This document shows positions 9,432 to 18,443 of a stretch of 64,000 nt of DNA, one piece after another. This DNA is from an uncultured Candidatus Saccharibacteria bacterium (GTDB taxonomy: Bacteria; Patescibacteriota; Saccharimonadia; Saccharimonadales; Saccharimonadaceae): contig CAYVSX010000001.1 in the NCBI GenBank assembly GCA_964454245.1, positions 7,379 to 71,378 of the forward strand. The letters run 5' to 3'. The translations under genes were made by a program, and so were the position numbers. Positions within the stretch are counted from its first letter, which is position 1. Every line of letters begins with the position of its first letter. A model generated the notes under the pieces. It was not told where the DNA came from. It did not search any database and saw only the letters and a list, made by a program, of their open reading frames with translations.

Positions 9432-11369
9432 TTATAAAAGCGAAGCTGGGTCGATATCATATTGCCAGCCGCGGGGTGGTAGGGCGGCGATGATATCTAG
9501 CAATCGGCTACGCTGGGACGATTTAACGGTAATTTGCCAGCGGTAGGTGTCGCGCACGCGTTCGTAAAATGCCGGGGTAGGGCCGAGTATTTGCACATCT
9601 TTATATTCACGGCGCAGTTGGCCGGCTAATAATTTAGCATTGCGGATAGCTGCTGCTTCGGTTTTGTACACGCAAGTGAGTTTTAGCAGGTATGAAAAGG
9701 GCGGAAAGTGTCCGCGCTGGCGCTGGGCTATGGTATCGGTGTAAAAATCGCTGTAGTTTTGGGCGATGCCATACTGTACGGCTGGTGCGGTGGGCTGGTA
9801 GCTTTGCACTATTACTTCGGTGGCGTGGGACGATCGCCCTACACGCCCGACTACCTGGGCTAATAGCTGAAAGGTACGTTCGCTGGCCGCAAAATCGGGC
9901 AAGCTCAGCCCGGCATCGGCTTGCACTACACCCACCGTGCGCAAGTGGGGCAGGTCTAGCCCCTTGGCGATTACTTGGGTGCCAACGATTATTTTTATGT
10001 CGCCATCGTACAGCGCTTGGTACTGCGATTCCACAGTTTTATCGTCGTCGCTATCGCCATCAAACCGAGCAATTTTGTAGTTCGGGAATAGCTTGGCTAG
10101 CTCGGATTCTATCAGCTTAGTGCCGATGCCTTTATGGATGATATCGGTTGATTGGCAGGTTGGGCACGAGGTTGGCACGCGTTCGCGGTTGTCGCAAATG
10201 TGGCAGCGCAGCTGGTGAATATCGGCGTGCAGGGTGTAGGGTACAAAGCAGCGCGGGCAGGTGGCCGACCAGCCACAGGCTTCGCACAGCGTGGTACTGG
10301 CACTGCCGCGACGGTTATGAAACACCAGTACTTGCTCGCCGCGCTCTAGCGTGGCGGCCATAGTATCGAGCATGTTGTCAGAAAAGAAACGGTGGCGCAC
10401 AAAGCCAATTTTTTTAGTCATATCTACAACGGTGACTTTGGGTTTAATCGTATCTTTACGCGCTTTGGCGGCCAGGGTAATTATTGGCCGCCCGTAGTGC
10501 TGGGCTAGGTAATATTCGCTCACCAGCGGTGTAGCCGTACCTTGCACTACCACACAGCCATGCTCGCGCGCCAGTACGCCAGCCACGCGCAGGGCCGAAT
10601 AGCGCGGCGCTTTATCTTGCTTAAAGCTCGGTTCGTGGGCTTCATCTATGATGATAGCGCCGATGCTGGGCAAAGGTAAGAACAGCGCCGAGCGTGGGCC
10701 AATCACTACCATTGGCGTGGTGCTGGCGGCTACCTGCTGCCAGCACAGGTGGCGCTCGGCCTCGGTTTGGCGCGAGTGGGTGAGCACGATGTCGCTAAAA
10801 TGCTGCTGAAACTCAGCCACTAGCTGCGAGGTCTGGGCAATCTCTGGCACTAGCATAACTACTGACTTACCGCTGGCCAGTACCTGTTTGGCGTATTCAA
10901 TGTAGATGGCCGTTTTGCCGCTACCAGTGATACCATGCAACAGTACTGTACCGGGGGAGGCTTTAGATATTACCGCTAGTGCTGCAGCCTGATCTTTATT
11001 GAGTAAAAAATGTGTTCGGTCGCGTTGTAACTGGGGTGTGGCCTTTTTGCTAGCCCGGCGTTGTTTGGTGATGCCGCGTGGCAGCACCGTCTGTAGCACG
11101 GTGGCAATATGGGTGCTGTAATATTCACTCATCCACAAAATCGTCGCCACCAGCTGGGCGGGCAGCGGTGGTATGGCTAGTACACCGCTAATTTCTTTGG
11201 TGGCGTAGGCCGGCTTCGCTACTTCGCTCATCACCACGCCAGTTAGGGTAGTTTTGCCCACAGACACCTCTACAAAACTACCAACCTCTAGTGACGTACT
11301 ACTAGCATAGCTAAAGGTGCCGCTGTTGGCGCGGACAATCTTCAGCGGTGCTACCTCGTAATACTGCAT
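9432..11369 (-). CDS. priA: Primosomal protein N' (replication restart helicase)
   Basis: HGITGSGKT, DEAH, CxxC clusters, GTQVIAKGLD, QVVGRVGR. Start moved to ATG 11369 because a TATAAT box lies 7 nt upstream. Confidence 0.95.
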   Translation of the reverse strand: MQYYEVAPLKIVRANSGTFSYASSTSLEVGSFVEVSVGKTTLTGVVMSEVAKPAYATKEISGVLAIPPLPAQLVATILWMSEYYSTHIATVLQTVLPRGITKQRRASKKATPQLQRDRTHFLLNKDQAAALAVISKASPGTVLLHGITGSGKTAIYIEYAKQVLASGKSVVMLVPEIAQTSQLVAEFQQHFSDIVLTHSRQTEAERHLCWQQVAASTTPMVVIGPRSALFLPLPSIGAIIIDEAHEPSFKQDKAPRYSALRVAGVLAREHGCVVVQGTATPLVSEYYLAQHYGRPIITLAAKARKDTIKPKVTVVDMTKKIGFVRHRFFSDNMLDTMAATLERGEQVLVFHNRRGSASTTLCEACGWSATCPRCFVPYTLHADIHQLRCHICDNRERVPTSCPTCQSTDIIHKGIGTKLIESELAKLFPNYKIARFDGDSDDDKTVESQYQALYDGDIKIIVGTQVIAKGLDLPHLRTVGVVQADAGLSLPDFAASERTFQLLAQVVGRVGRSSHATEVIVQSYQPTAPAVQYGIAQNYSDFYTDTIAQRQRGHFPPFSYLLKLTCVYKTEAAAIRNAKLLAGQLRREYKDVQILGPTPAFYERVRDTYRWQITVKSSQRSRLLDIIAALPPRGWQYDIDPASLL

Positions 11370-11420
11370 TACACTCATTATACCTTGCGATAGGCCTAGA
11401 AACACTGCTACACTATACAT

Positions 11421-12077
11421 ATGTATTTTGAAAGCCGATCACATGCTGGGCAGGTACTGGCCGCCGAACTGTTAGAAAAGTACCGCTACGAGGATTGTGC
11501 GGTAGTGGCGCTTTCTGATGGTGGCGTATTGGTGGGCGAGCAAATTGCCGCTCAATTGCACTGCGTGCTTACCATGCTAGTTACCGAAACTATTGATGTG
11601 CCGGGCGAAAGCCTAAGCATGGGTGCGGTATCGCAGGCTGGCAACTTTACCTACAACAGCGAGTTTTCTACTGGCGAGATTGAAGAATATGCCAGCGAGT
11701 TCCATGGCTACCTAGATGACCAAAAGCGCCAGGCCTTTAGCCGCATTAACCGCCTAGTGGGCGATGGCGGTATCATTAGCCGCGATCTACTGCGCGAGCG
11801 GGTAATTATACTGGTGTCAGATGGCTTCACCGACGGCGCAATCATTAGCGTGGCGCTAGATTACCTAAAACCCATCCACACTAAAAAACTAGTGGTAGCC
11901 GCGCCTGTGGCTACCATCCCAGCCGTCGACCAGCTGCATGTAGTGGCCGACGAGCTACATATTTTAGATGTAAAAGAGAACTTTATGGGCACTGATCACT
12001 ACTTTAACGACAACAATGTGCCATCGCGTGAAGATTCGATAGCCAAAATTAACCAGATAATATTGAACTGGCAGTAG
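11421..12077 (+). CDS. Phosphoribosyltransferase-family protein
   Basis: F.SRSHAGQVLA start, VILVSDGFTDGA PRPP-loop variant, VVAAPV. Confidence 0.8.
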   Translation: MYFESRSHAGQVLAAELLEKYRYEDCAVVALSDGGVLVGEQIAAQLHCVLTMLVTETIDVPGESLSMGAVSQAGNFTYNSEFSTGEIEEYASEFHGYLDDQKRQAFSRINRLVGDGGIISRDLLRERVIILVSDGFTDGAIISVALDYLKPIHTKKLVVAAPVATIPAVDQLHVVADELHILDVKENFMGTDHYFNDNNVPSREDSIAKINQIILNWQ

Positions 12078-12155
12078 ACTCGCGCAGCTTGGCACATTTT
12101 GCTCGGTTTGCCTGCGGTGCTCATCAACCGCTGCGTAAGCAGCGGCTTTAAGGCC

Positions 12156-12256
12156 GGGTGAGAATTGCCCGGGGCAATTCGCAAGGAAACCTTCCCTTGA
12201 AAGCTATGCTTTCATAGGCGAAGTTTCGGGGTCGCGGGATGTGACGGTCCACCCCT
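12156..12256 (-). repeat. Structured ~100-nt dispersed element, copy A
   Basis: Reverse complement aligns with 61357-61454 (ccgaaacttc...gaag.tttccttgcgaa...ttctcaccc) with compensatory stem changes. Confidence 0.8.
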
Positions 12257-12368
12257 TGAGAGCTCGACTTATGTTGAGCTCGGGTTATATTAGGGCTTGC
12301 AAATGCTGGCGAGTAAATGTAGAATAAAAAGCAACAGTATATAAGGGAAGTGAACTAAAGGAATCATA

Positions 12369-12680
12369 GTGTTAGACGTTTTTATTACATCTAGAGTGCG
12401 ACGAAAGATTGTTGTTGTCTACGCTAAATACCCTGATTTTCATACCCACGTTCGTGGTCTAGCTAAGCTGATTAAAGAAGACCCGGGCAACATCCAGCGT
12501 GAACTAAAGCGGCTAGAAAAGGTTGGTTTTTTGCTAGGCGAAAAGCAAGGTAATACCAAGATTTACTCTACCAACAAGCAATTCCCAATCTTTAAAGAGC
12601 TACAAAGTATCGTTATTAAGTCGCAGCAGCAATCTAGTGCGGGGCGACCGCGCCGTACTACTACTGATATACAGCCGTAA
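12369..12680 (+). CDS. Winged-helix DNA-binding protein (ArsR-like)
   Basis: HVRGLAKLIKEDPGNIQRELKRLEKVGFL HTH and wing; stop overlaps the recJ start (TAATG). Confidence 0.75.
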   Translation: MLDVFITSRVRRKIVVVYAKYPDFHTHVRGLAKLIKEDPGNIQRELKRLEKVGFLLGEKQGNTKIYSTNKQFPIFKELQSIVIKSQQQSSAGRPRRTTTDIQP

Positions 12681-14365
12681 TGACGTTATTTGATAAAATC
12701 CTACAAGCGCGTGGCCTAACTGGCGAGCGCGCTAAAACTTTTTTGCACCCCGATTACAGCGCCGGGCACGACCCGTTTTTGCTGCCTGATATGCTGCCAG
12801 CGGTAGAGCGGCTAGTTGCCGCCCGTGAGCGCCAAGAGCACATCACTATTTACGGCGATTACGACATCGACGGCCTAACCGCCACTACAATTTTGCTAGA
12901 TGCCTTCGCCAGCTTTGGCTTTAGATTTATCGAAACCTTTATACCCAACCGGTTTATCGAAGGCTATGGCATGACAGTCGACGCCGTAGAGCGCATAGCC
13001 GCAGCCGGTGCCACACTAATAGTGACGGTAGACTGCGGCAGCCTAAGCGAAGAGCCGATACGGCGCGCCAAAGAGCTGGGCGTGGATGTAATTGTAACCG
13101 ACCACCACAACGTAGCGCCGGTGCAGCCGCCAGCCGTGGCGGTAATCAACCCTAAGCGGCTGTTGCAAGATCACCCCACGCGCTATACCAATTTTGTACT
13201 TACCAAGCATGTAAAAACCAAGCCGCTATACCCATTTTTGGACCTACCGGGCTGTGGCGTGGCCTTTAAGCTAGTGCAGGCGCTGCAAACCCGGCTAGAT
13301 GGCCTGGGTGTGGGGCAAGAAAAGTGGCTATTAGACCTAGTGGCGCTGGGTACGGTGTGCGATGTGGTAACGCTGGTAGATGAAAACCGCACCCACGTGT
13401 ACTGGGGGTTGCAGGTGCTGGCGCAAACGCGCTGGCCGGGGCTGAAGGCGCTAATGGCGGTGAGCGCCGTAGAGCCAAGCAAGCTAAATGCTCGCAGCTT
13501 GGGCTTTGCGCTGGGCCCGCGTATGAACGCCGCCGGCCGGCTAGAAACCGCCAAATATGCCCAAGATATGCTACTGGCGCGCAAGGGCGACGAGGCGCTG
13601 CAGCTAGCCCAGCAGCTAGACGAAATGAACGCTGCCCGCCGCGCCGAGCAAGATGTTATATATAAAGCGGCGGTAGGGCAGGCCGAAAATTATGCGGCCG
13701 ACCCGGTGCTGGTGCTAAGCGCGCCCGATTGGAACCACGGCATTGTTGGCATTGTGGCCGCCAAAATACTAGAAAAGTATAAAAAGCCGACTTTTGTATT
13801 GCAAGAAATGGGTGAAGAGGCTAAAGGCTCGGCCCGCAGCTACGGCGACTTCAGCGCCGCCGATGCCATCCGGGCTAGCGACGATATTATCACCAAAGGC
13901 GGTGGCCACAAGCTAGCCGCTGGCGTAACGCTGCCAACTAAAAATATCGCTAGCTTTCGCCAGCGCGTAAATAGTTACTACCAATCGCTTAATTTGCCGC
14001 CGCAGTTATCGCATTTACTACCCAAGGCCGATGTGGTAATTGCCGATTTTAGCGAAGTTACCGAAGATTTGCTAACTCAATTAGCCCAGCTAGAGCCTTT
14101 TGGCAGCGGCAACCCCGAACCGGTGCTGCAAATTAACGGTGTAACCGTAATTAGTAGCCGCACCATGGGCGCGGGTGGCCAGCACGTTAAGCTTGCCGTG
14201 CAAGACACCACTGGCAAAACGTTAGAGCTTTTAGCCTTTAACGCCCCGGCCGAGTGGTTTGCCCAGCCCGGCGCGCAGGTAAATGTGTGGCTGCACCCCA
14301 CGCTAAACGAATGGCAGGGCCGCCGCGGCGTTGAGGGGCGACTACTGCACCTAGTGGCTGCATAA
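12680..14365 (+). CDS. recJ: Single-stranded DNA exonuclease RecJ
   Basis: YGDYDIDG, TVDCG, TDHH, GGGHKLAAG (DHH/DHHA1). Confidence 0.95.
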   Translation: MTLFDKILQARGLTGERAKTFLHPDYSAGHDPFLLPDMLPAVERLVAARERQEHITIYGDYDIDGLTATTILLDAFASFGFRFIETFIPNRFIEGYGMTVDAVERIAAAGATLIVTVDCGSLSEEPIRRAKELGVDVIVTDHHNVAPVQPPAVAVINPKRLLQDHPTRYTNFVLTKHVKTKPLYPFLDLPGCGVAFKLVQALQTRLDGLGVGQEKWLLDLVALGTVCDVVTLVDENRTHVYWGLQVLAQTRWPGLKALMAVSAVEPSKLNARSLGFALGPRMNAAGRLETAKYAQDMLLARKGDEALQLAQQLDEMNAARRAEQDVIYKAAVGQAENYAADPVLVLSAPDWNHGIVGIVAAKILEKYKKPTFVLQEMGEEAKGSARSYGDFSAADAIRASDDIITKGGGHKLAAGVTLPTKNIASFRQRVNSYYQSLNLPPQLSHLLPKADVVIADFSEVTEDLLTQLAQLEPFGSGNPEPVLQINGVTVISSRTMGAGGQHVKLAVQDTTGKTLELLAFNAPAEWFAQPGAQVNVWLHPTLNEWQGRRGVEGRLLHLVAA

Positions 14366-14396
14366 AATCACCCGTTACAAACGTAGCGGGTGATTT
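14365..14396. terminator. Hairpin between convergent genes (probable bidirectional terminator)
   Basis: aaatcacccg-ttac aaac gtag-cgggtgattt. Confidence 0.65.
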
Positions 14397-14416
14397 AGTA
14401 TGCAGGTTGCTAATAA

Positions 14417-15103
14417 TTATCGATCACGTTCGATATGAAAACCAAACGGCAAGCCACTGTCGTCTGATTCGTCATCGCCATTGCTATCAACAGAATCAAA
14501 CTTTCCGTCCGGGTTGCGTACCAATTCGCCGTTGTATAGTTCTTCCGCCTGTTTGGCTATGATGTCCTTTTCATCCACCGTAAACTCAGCTTTGGCAGCG
14601 GCTAGCTGGGCATCGCGCTCAGCATCTCCGCTATCGTTATGGTGGCCAAAGTAGGGCTCATCATCTTCAAAATCATTAATCTCAATACCATCTTGCTCTG
14701 CGTCAGCTGCTTGATCGGCAACTAGGGCAGCTAGTTCGGCGCCACGACTATCAACTTCTGGATATTCAGATGTGCTAACATCTGCCGATTCCTCTGTGGC
14801 TGAGGTGGCGGGTTTATTTTCAATCTTTCTTCGCTGGATAGCTGCATAAACTGCCTTCATGCCGACCTTGGCATCGGTAGTAACAGGCGCTGGAACTATC
14901 TTGGGTTTTTCGGCATCTGCGGCAGCTTTAGCGGCTTTTTTAGTTATCGATTCACGCAATGAAGCGTGGAAAGCAGCCCTCTTATTATCGTTGGCGGGGC
15001 GGTTAGTCTCTAATAGGCTAGCAGTGCGCTCGGCATTATCAGCTGCTACTTGGGCGTTAATTGCTTCAACTCGTGCGCTAGGAACATAGTTATGCTTATT
15101 CAT
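14417..15103 (-). CDS. Acidic low-complexity hypothetical protein
   Basis: Ala/Asp/Glu-rich ORF; start moved to ATG 15103 (TATAAT 7 nt upstream). Confidence 0.65.
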   Translation of the reverse strand: MNKHNYVPSARVEAINAQVAADNAERTASLLETNRPANDNKRAAFHASLRESITKKAAKAAADAEKPKIVPAPVTTDAKVGMKAVYAAIQRRKIENKPATSATEESADVSTSEYPEVDSRGAELAALVADQAADAEQDGIEINDFEDDEPYFGHHNDSGDAERDAQLAAAKAEFTVDEKDIIAKQAEELYNGELVRNPDGKFDSVDSNGDDESDDSGLPFGFHIERDR

Positions 15104-15174
15104 ATCTTCTATTATACACATTTTTGCAAAAAAGTCAATGTTATTCTTAAAATACCACTGTAAATTGCTTAACC

Positions 15175-15606
15175 TTGCCAATTTTTGCTGGGCTGCTAAA
15201 CTTACCTATACGCTACGCAAGTTCACAATCGAATCGAGGTAAAATGCTCCAAAAGGTGAACGGCGCAAAGGTGTCGGTGATGGTGCTGGCGTGTCCCAGC
15301 TACCAAGACATCGCCCGTGCCATGCAAGACTGCACCCCTGTGGTGCTAGAGACCGCCAGCTACGCCAACTGTGTCAAATCGGTTGGCAAGTTCGAACTGG
15401 TGGATATCCGCAACCTGCGCTTTACCAAAGATGGATTCAGCTTTGGCGGATCGATCGTCGGCATAGAGGTTGACGCCGACCCCAATGATGATCAGCGATC
15501 GGTGGTGTATGCCAAATCTGGCCGAGCGGTAGTCGTGGCTGATGATCGGCCAGGCGGCGGCGCCAGCATCCAGTTCATCATTAACCTGTCGCTGCACGTC
15601 ATGTAG
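15175..15606 (+). CDS. Hypothetical beta-rich protein (start may be ATG 15244)
   Basis: Fills the intergenic gap, followed by a terminator; no recognisable motif. Confidence 0.5.
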   Translation: MPIFAGLLNLPIRYASSQSNRGKMLQKVNGAKVSVMVLACPSYQDIARAMQDCTPVVLETASYANCVKSVGKFELVDIRNLRFTKDGFSFGGSIVGIEVDADPNDDQRSVVYAKSGRAVVVADDRPGGGASIQFIINLSLHVM

Positions 15607-15634
15607 CCAACCCATCCTCGCCCCCAGCAGGTCG

Positions 15635-15679
15635 AGTACCCACTCCTTGCTGTGGCGGCAGGGGTGGGTACTTTATTTT
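15635..15679 (+). terminator. Rho-independent terminator
   Basis: agtacccactcc...ggggtgggtact followed by ttatttt. Confidence 0.6.
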
Positions 15680-15722
15680 CGGGTATTGCCAAGCGGTGGC
15701 TTCTCTGTTACAATACATACAT

Positions 15723-15938
15723 ATGGTACAAGTAACACGTAAAGACGAACGCGAAGCGAACGAAAACTTAATTCGCCGCTTCAACCGCAAGGTTTTGCAA
15801 AGGGGTTTAATTGCCGAGGCTAAGGCCGGTATGCGATTTGCCAAGCCACTTTCTAAGCCAGAGCGCCGCGCCAAGGCGATTATTCGCCGCGAGCGCAAAG
15901 CAGATAAATTGGCCAAAATGCGCCTAGGAATCCGTTAG
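15723..15938 (+). CDS. rpsU: 30S ribosomal protein S21
   Basis: MVQVTRK...ENLIRRFNRKV...FAKP; sits directly upstream of yqeY, the usual arrangement. Confidence 0.85.
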   Translation: MVQVTRKDEREANENLIRRFNRKVLQRGLIAEAKAGMRFAKPLSKPERRAKAIIRRERKADKLAKMRLGIR

Positions 15939-15944
15939 GAGACT

Positions 15945-16406
15945 ATGGTGGGAGCGCTAAGTCAGCGCATTGCCGATGAAATGAAAGCCGCCCTTCTTGG
16001 CGGCGATCGTTTTGTTGGCGAAACATTGCGCAACCTACGGGCAGCAATATTAAATGAAGAGGTAGCCACCGGCCAGCGCGAGACCGGCCTTAGCGACGCA
16101 GATGTCGAAAAGGTGATTGCGCGCGAGGTAAAAAAGCGCGGTGAAAGCGCCAAGCTATACCGCGAAAACAATCGGCCCGAACTAGCCGAGCCCGAAGAGG
16201 CCGAGGCGTCGGTGCTAAAAAAGTTTTTGCCCGAGCAACTGGGCGAGGCCGAGCTGCAAAAAATTGTGGACGCAAAAATCACCGAACTGGGTGTAAGTGG
16301 GCCAGCCGCTATGGGGCAGGTAATTGGCGCTGTAAAAGCGGCGGTAGGCAACGCGGCCGATGGCGCGACGCTAGCAAATATTGTTAAAACAACACTAAGT
16401 AAGTAA
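15945..16406 (+). CDS. GatB/YqeY domain protein
   Basis: MKAALLGGD...REVKKRGESAKLY...MGQVIGAV. Confidence 0.9.
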   Translation: MVGALSQRIADEMKAALLGGDRFVGETLRNLRAAILNEEVATGQRETGLSDADVEKVIAREVKKRGESAKLYRENNRPELAEPEEAEASVLKKFLPEQLGEAELQKIVDAKITELGVSGPAAMGQVIGAVKAAVGNAADGATLANIVKTTLSK

Positions 16407-16425
16407 CGAAGGGTAAAAAGTAGCA

Positions 16426-16971
16426 ATGATTTTATTGTTTGGTGCCACCGGCGCGGGTAAAAGTATGCAGGGGCAAATGCTCGCCGTGCGCCAGGGGTGG
16501 AAGTGGCTGAGTACTGGCGAAATGCTACGCCAAAGTACCGACCCAGAGGTAATTGCCACCCTAAAATCTGGTGACCTAGTGAGCGACGAGCAGACCTACC
16601 AGGTGTTTGAGGCCGCCGTGCAAGAGGCGCGCGACAAACAATATGGCAACATCATCATCGACGGCTTTCCGCGCACCAAGGCGCAGGCGGCGTGGCTAGA
16701 TGATTACATGACCAAAATGGGCGAAAAAATCGATATTGTAGTAGCGCTAGAAGTGCCCGAAAGCGAAATTATGGCTCGCCTAGAAAAGCGCCACCGCATG
16801 GAAGATACGCCCGAAACCATCGCCAAGCGCATGACAATTTACCGCCAAAAAATGTACCCAGTGTTAGGGATATTTGCCGAAGCCGGCGTGCGGATTGTGC
16901 ACCTAGATGGCACCGGCACGGCGGGCGAAGTGCACGACCGCATTTACGACGAGGTAATGGGGGCAATTTAG
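16426..16971 (+). CDS. adk: Adenylate/nucleoside monophosphate kinase (short LID)
   Basis: GATGAGKS P-loop, STGEMLR, IDGFPRT, R.ED; upstream of map. Confidence 0.85.
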   Translation: MILLFGATGAGKSMQGQMLAVRQGWKWLSTGEMLRQSTDPEVIATLKSGDLVSDEQTYQVFEAAVQEARDKQYGNIIIDGFPRTKAQAAWLDDYMTKMGEKIDIVVALEVPESEIMARLEKRHRMEDTPETIAKRMTIYRQKMYPVLGIFAEAGVRIVHLDGTGTAGEVHDRIYDEVMGAI

Positions 16972-16974
16972 CCT

Positions 16975-17745
16975 ATGCCACAGCAAGATTTGATTACGGG
17001 GCGCAAAACCCCCGAACAAATCCAGGCTATGCGCGACGGCGGCAAGCTGCTGGCGCGCATTTTTGCCGATCTGCGCGCCTATGTGCAGCCGGGGCAAACT
17101 GAGCAGCAAATTGATGCTTTTGTGGCTGGTAAAATTACCGAATACGGCGCGGTGGCCACCTACAAAACGAGCGAAGTTAACTTTCCGGGCGTAATTTGCA
17201 TCAGCACTAACGACGAAGTTGTGCACGGCGTACCAACCGATTACACCCTGCGCACCGGCGATGTAGTTAGCTTTGACCTAGTAATTACTTATAAAGACAT
17301 GAAAACCGACGCCGCTTTTACCATGGTGGTGGGCGAACCAGCCAAGGGCGCAATTAAGCACCTGCTAAGCCTGACCGAGCGCAGCCTGTATGCCGGCATA
17401 GATGCCATAAAAGGCCCAGTATACACCGGCGATATTGCTGCCGCGGTAGAGCAGGTGCTAGCCAAGGCAAAATTAGGCATTATACGCGAACTAGTAGGCC
17501 ACGGCGTGGGGCTAAAAATGCACATGCCGCCCGATGTGCCAAATTACGGCCAAAAGGGCAGCGGCGTATTGCTAAAACCGGGTGACACCATAGCCATAGA
17601 GCCCATGGCCACCCTTGGCGGCGAAGGCATTGTAGAGCTAGATGACGGCTGGACAATCGCCACCCGCGACGGCAGCCTAGCCGCCCATTTTGAACACACG
17701 GTGCTGATTACTGAAGACGGTGCGGAAGTTTTAACGCAGTTGTAG
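16975..17745 (+). CDS. map: Methionine aminopeptidase type I
   Basis: NDEVVHG, GHGVG, IAIEPM, AHFEHTV. Confidence 0.95.
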   Translation: MPQQDLITGRKTPEQIQAMRDGGKLLARIFADLRAYVQPGQTEQQIDAFVAGKITEYGAVATYKTSEVNFPGVICISTNDEVVHGVPTDYTLRTGDVVSFDLVITYKDMKTDAAFTMVVGEPAKGAIKHLLSLTERSLYAGIDAIKGPVYTGDIAAAVEQVLAKAKLGIIRELVGHGVGLKMHMPPDVPNYGQKGSGVLLKPGDTIAIEPMATLGGEGIVELDDGWTIATRDGSLAAHFEHTVLITEDGAEVLTQL

Positions 17746-17752
17746 TAATGGC

Positions 17753-18379
17753 ATGTCAGAGATAATTTTAGCAAGCCAGTCGCCGCGCCGTAAGCAGTTT
17801 TTGACCCAAATGAAAGTGTCGTTTACCGCTATACCTAGTGATTTTGACGAACAATTAGATGAAAATCGCAGCATAAAAGAGGTGGCTATAGAATTGGCGC
17901 TGGGCAAGGCCGGGTCAATTGCCGCGGAATATCCTGATGCGATTGTAATTGGATCTGACACAATCGTGGGCGTGGCCGGCAGGCAGCTAGCCAAGCCAGC
18001 CGATATAGCCGAGGCGCGCGCTATGCTACTTTCGCTCAGCGGGCAGCGTAGCACAGTAACTACTAGTAGTGTGGTAGTGCATACTGCCAGTAATACCGTA
18101 CTTAGCGATGCCGACACAACTACCGTGGTGTTCAAGAAAGATAGCGACGAAGTGACAAAGCTGCGCGAGGAATATTTGGCTAGCGGCGACTGGCACGACA
18201 AGGCCGGCGGCTACGGCATACAAGGTGGCGCCGCACCACTGATAGACCATATAGAGGGGTCGTACGACACGGTTGTTGGATTGCCGACAACCTTATTGGC
18301 CGCCCAATTGGAGAGTTTGGGTGTAACTGCCCAGCCGGTGGTAGAGCCGGCGCCTGTGCCGCAACTGCCGAAAAGTTAG
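17753..18379 (+). CDS. maf: Maf-family nucleoside triphosphate pyrophosphatase
   Basis: ILASQSPRR, IGSDTIV, DKAGGYGIQ, VVGLP. Confidence 0.93.
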   Translation: MSEIILASQSPRRKQFLTQMKVSFTAIPSDFDEQLDENRSIKEVAIELALGKAGSIAAEYPDAIVIGSDTIVGVAGRQLAKPADIAEARAMLLSLSGQRSTVTTSSVVVHTASNTVLSDADTTTVVFKKDSDEVTKLREEYLASGDWHDKAGGYGIQGGAAPLIDHIEGSYDTVVGLPTTLLAAQLESLGVTAQPVVEPAPVPQLPKS

Positions 18380-18443
18380 CTGTAAACTGTAGGTAATTAA
18401 ATTACCATAACCACCTAAGCCAAATATGGTACAATAAATATAT

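Noticed and set aside
12078-12292. RNase P, SRP, tmRNA or tRNA identity for the structured block
   Set aside because: Hallmark motifs (GAGGAAAGUCC, the SRP GGAA loop context, the tmRNA acceptor end, a cloverleaf with TTCGA) are absent.
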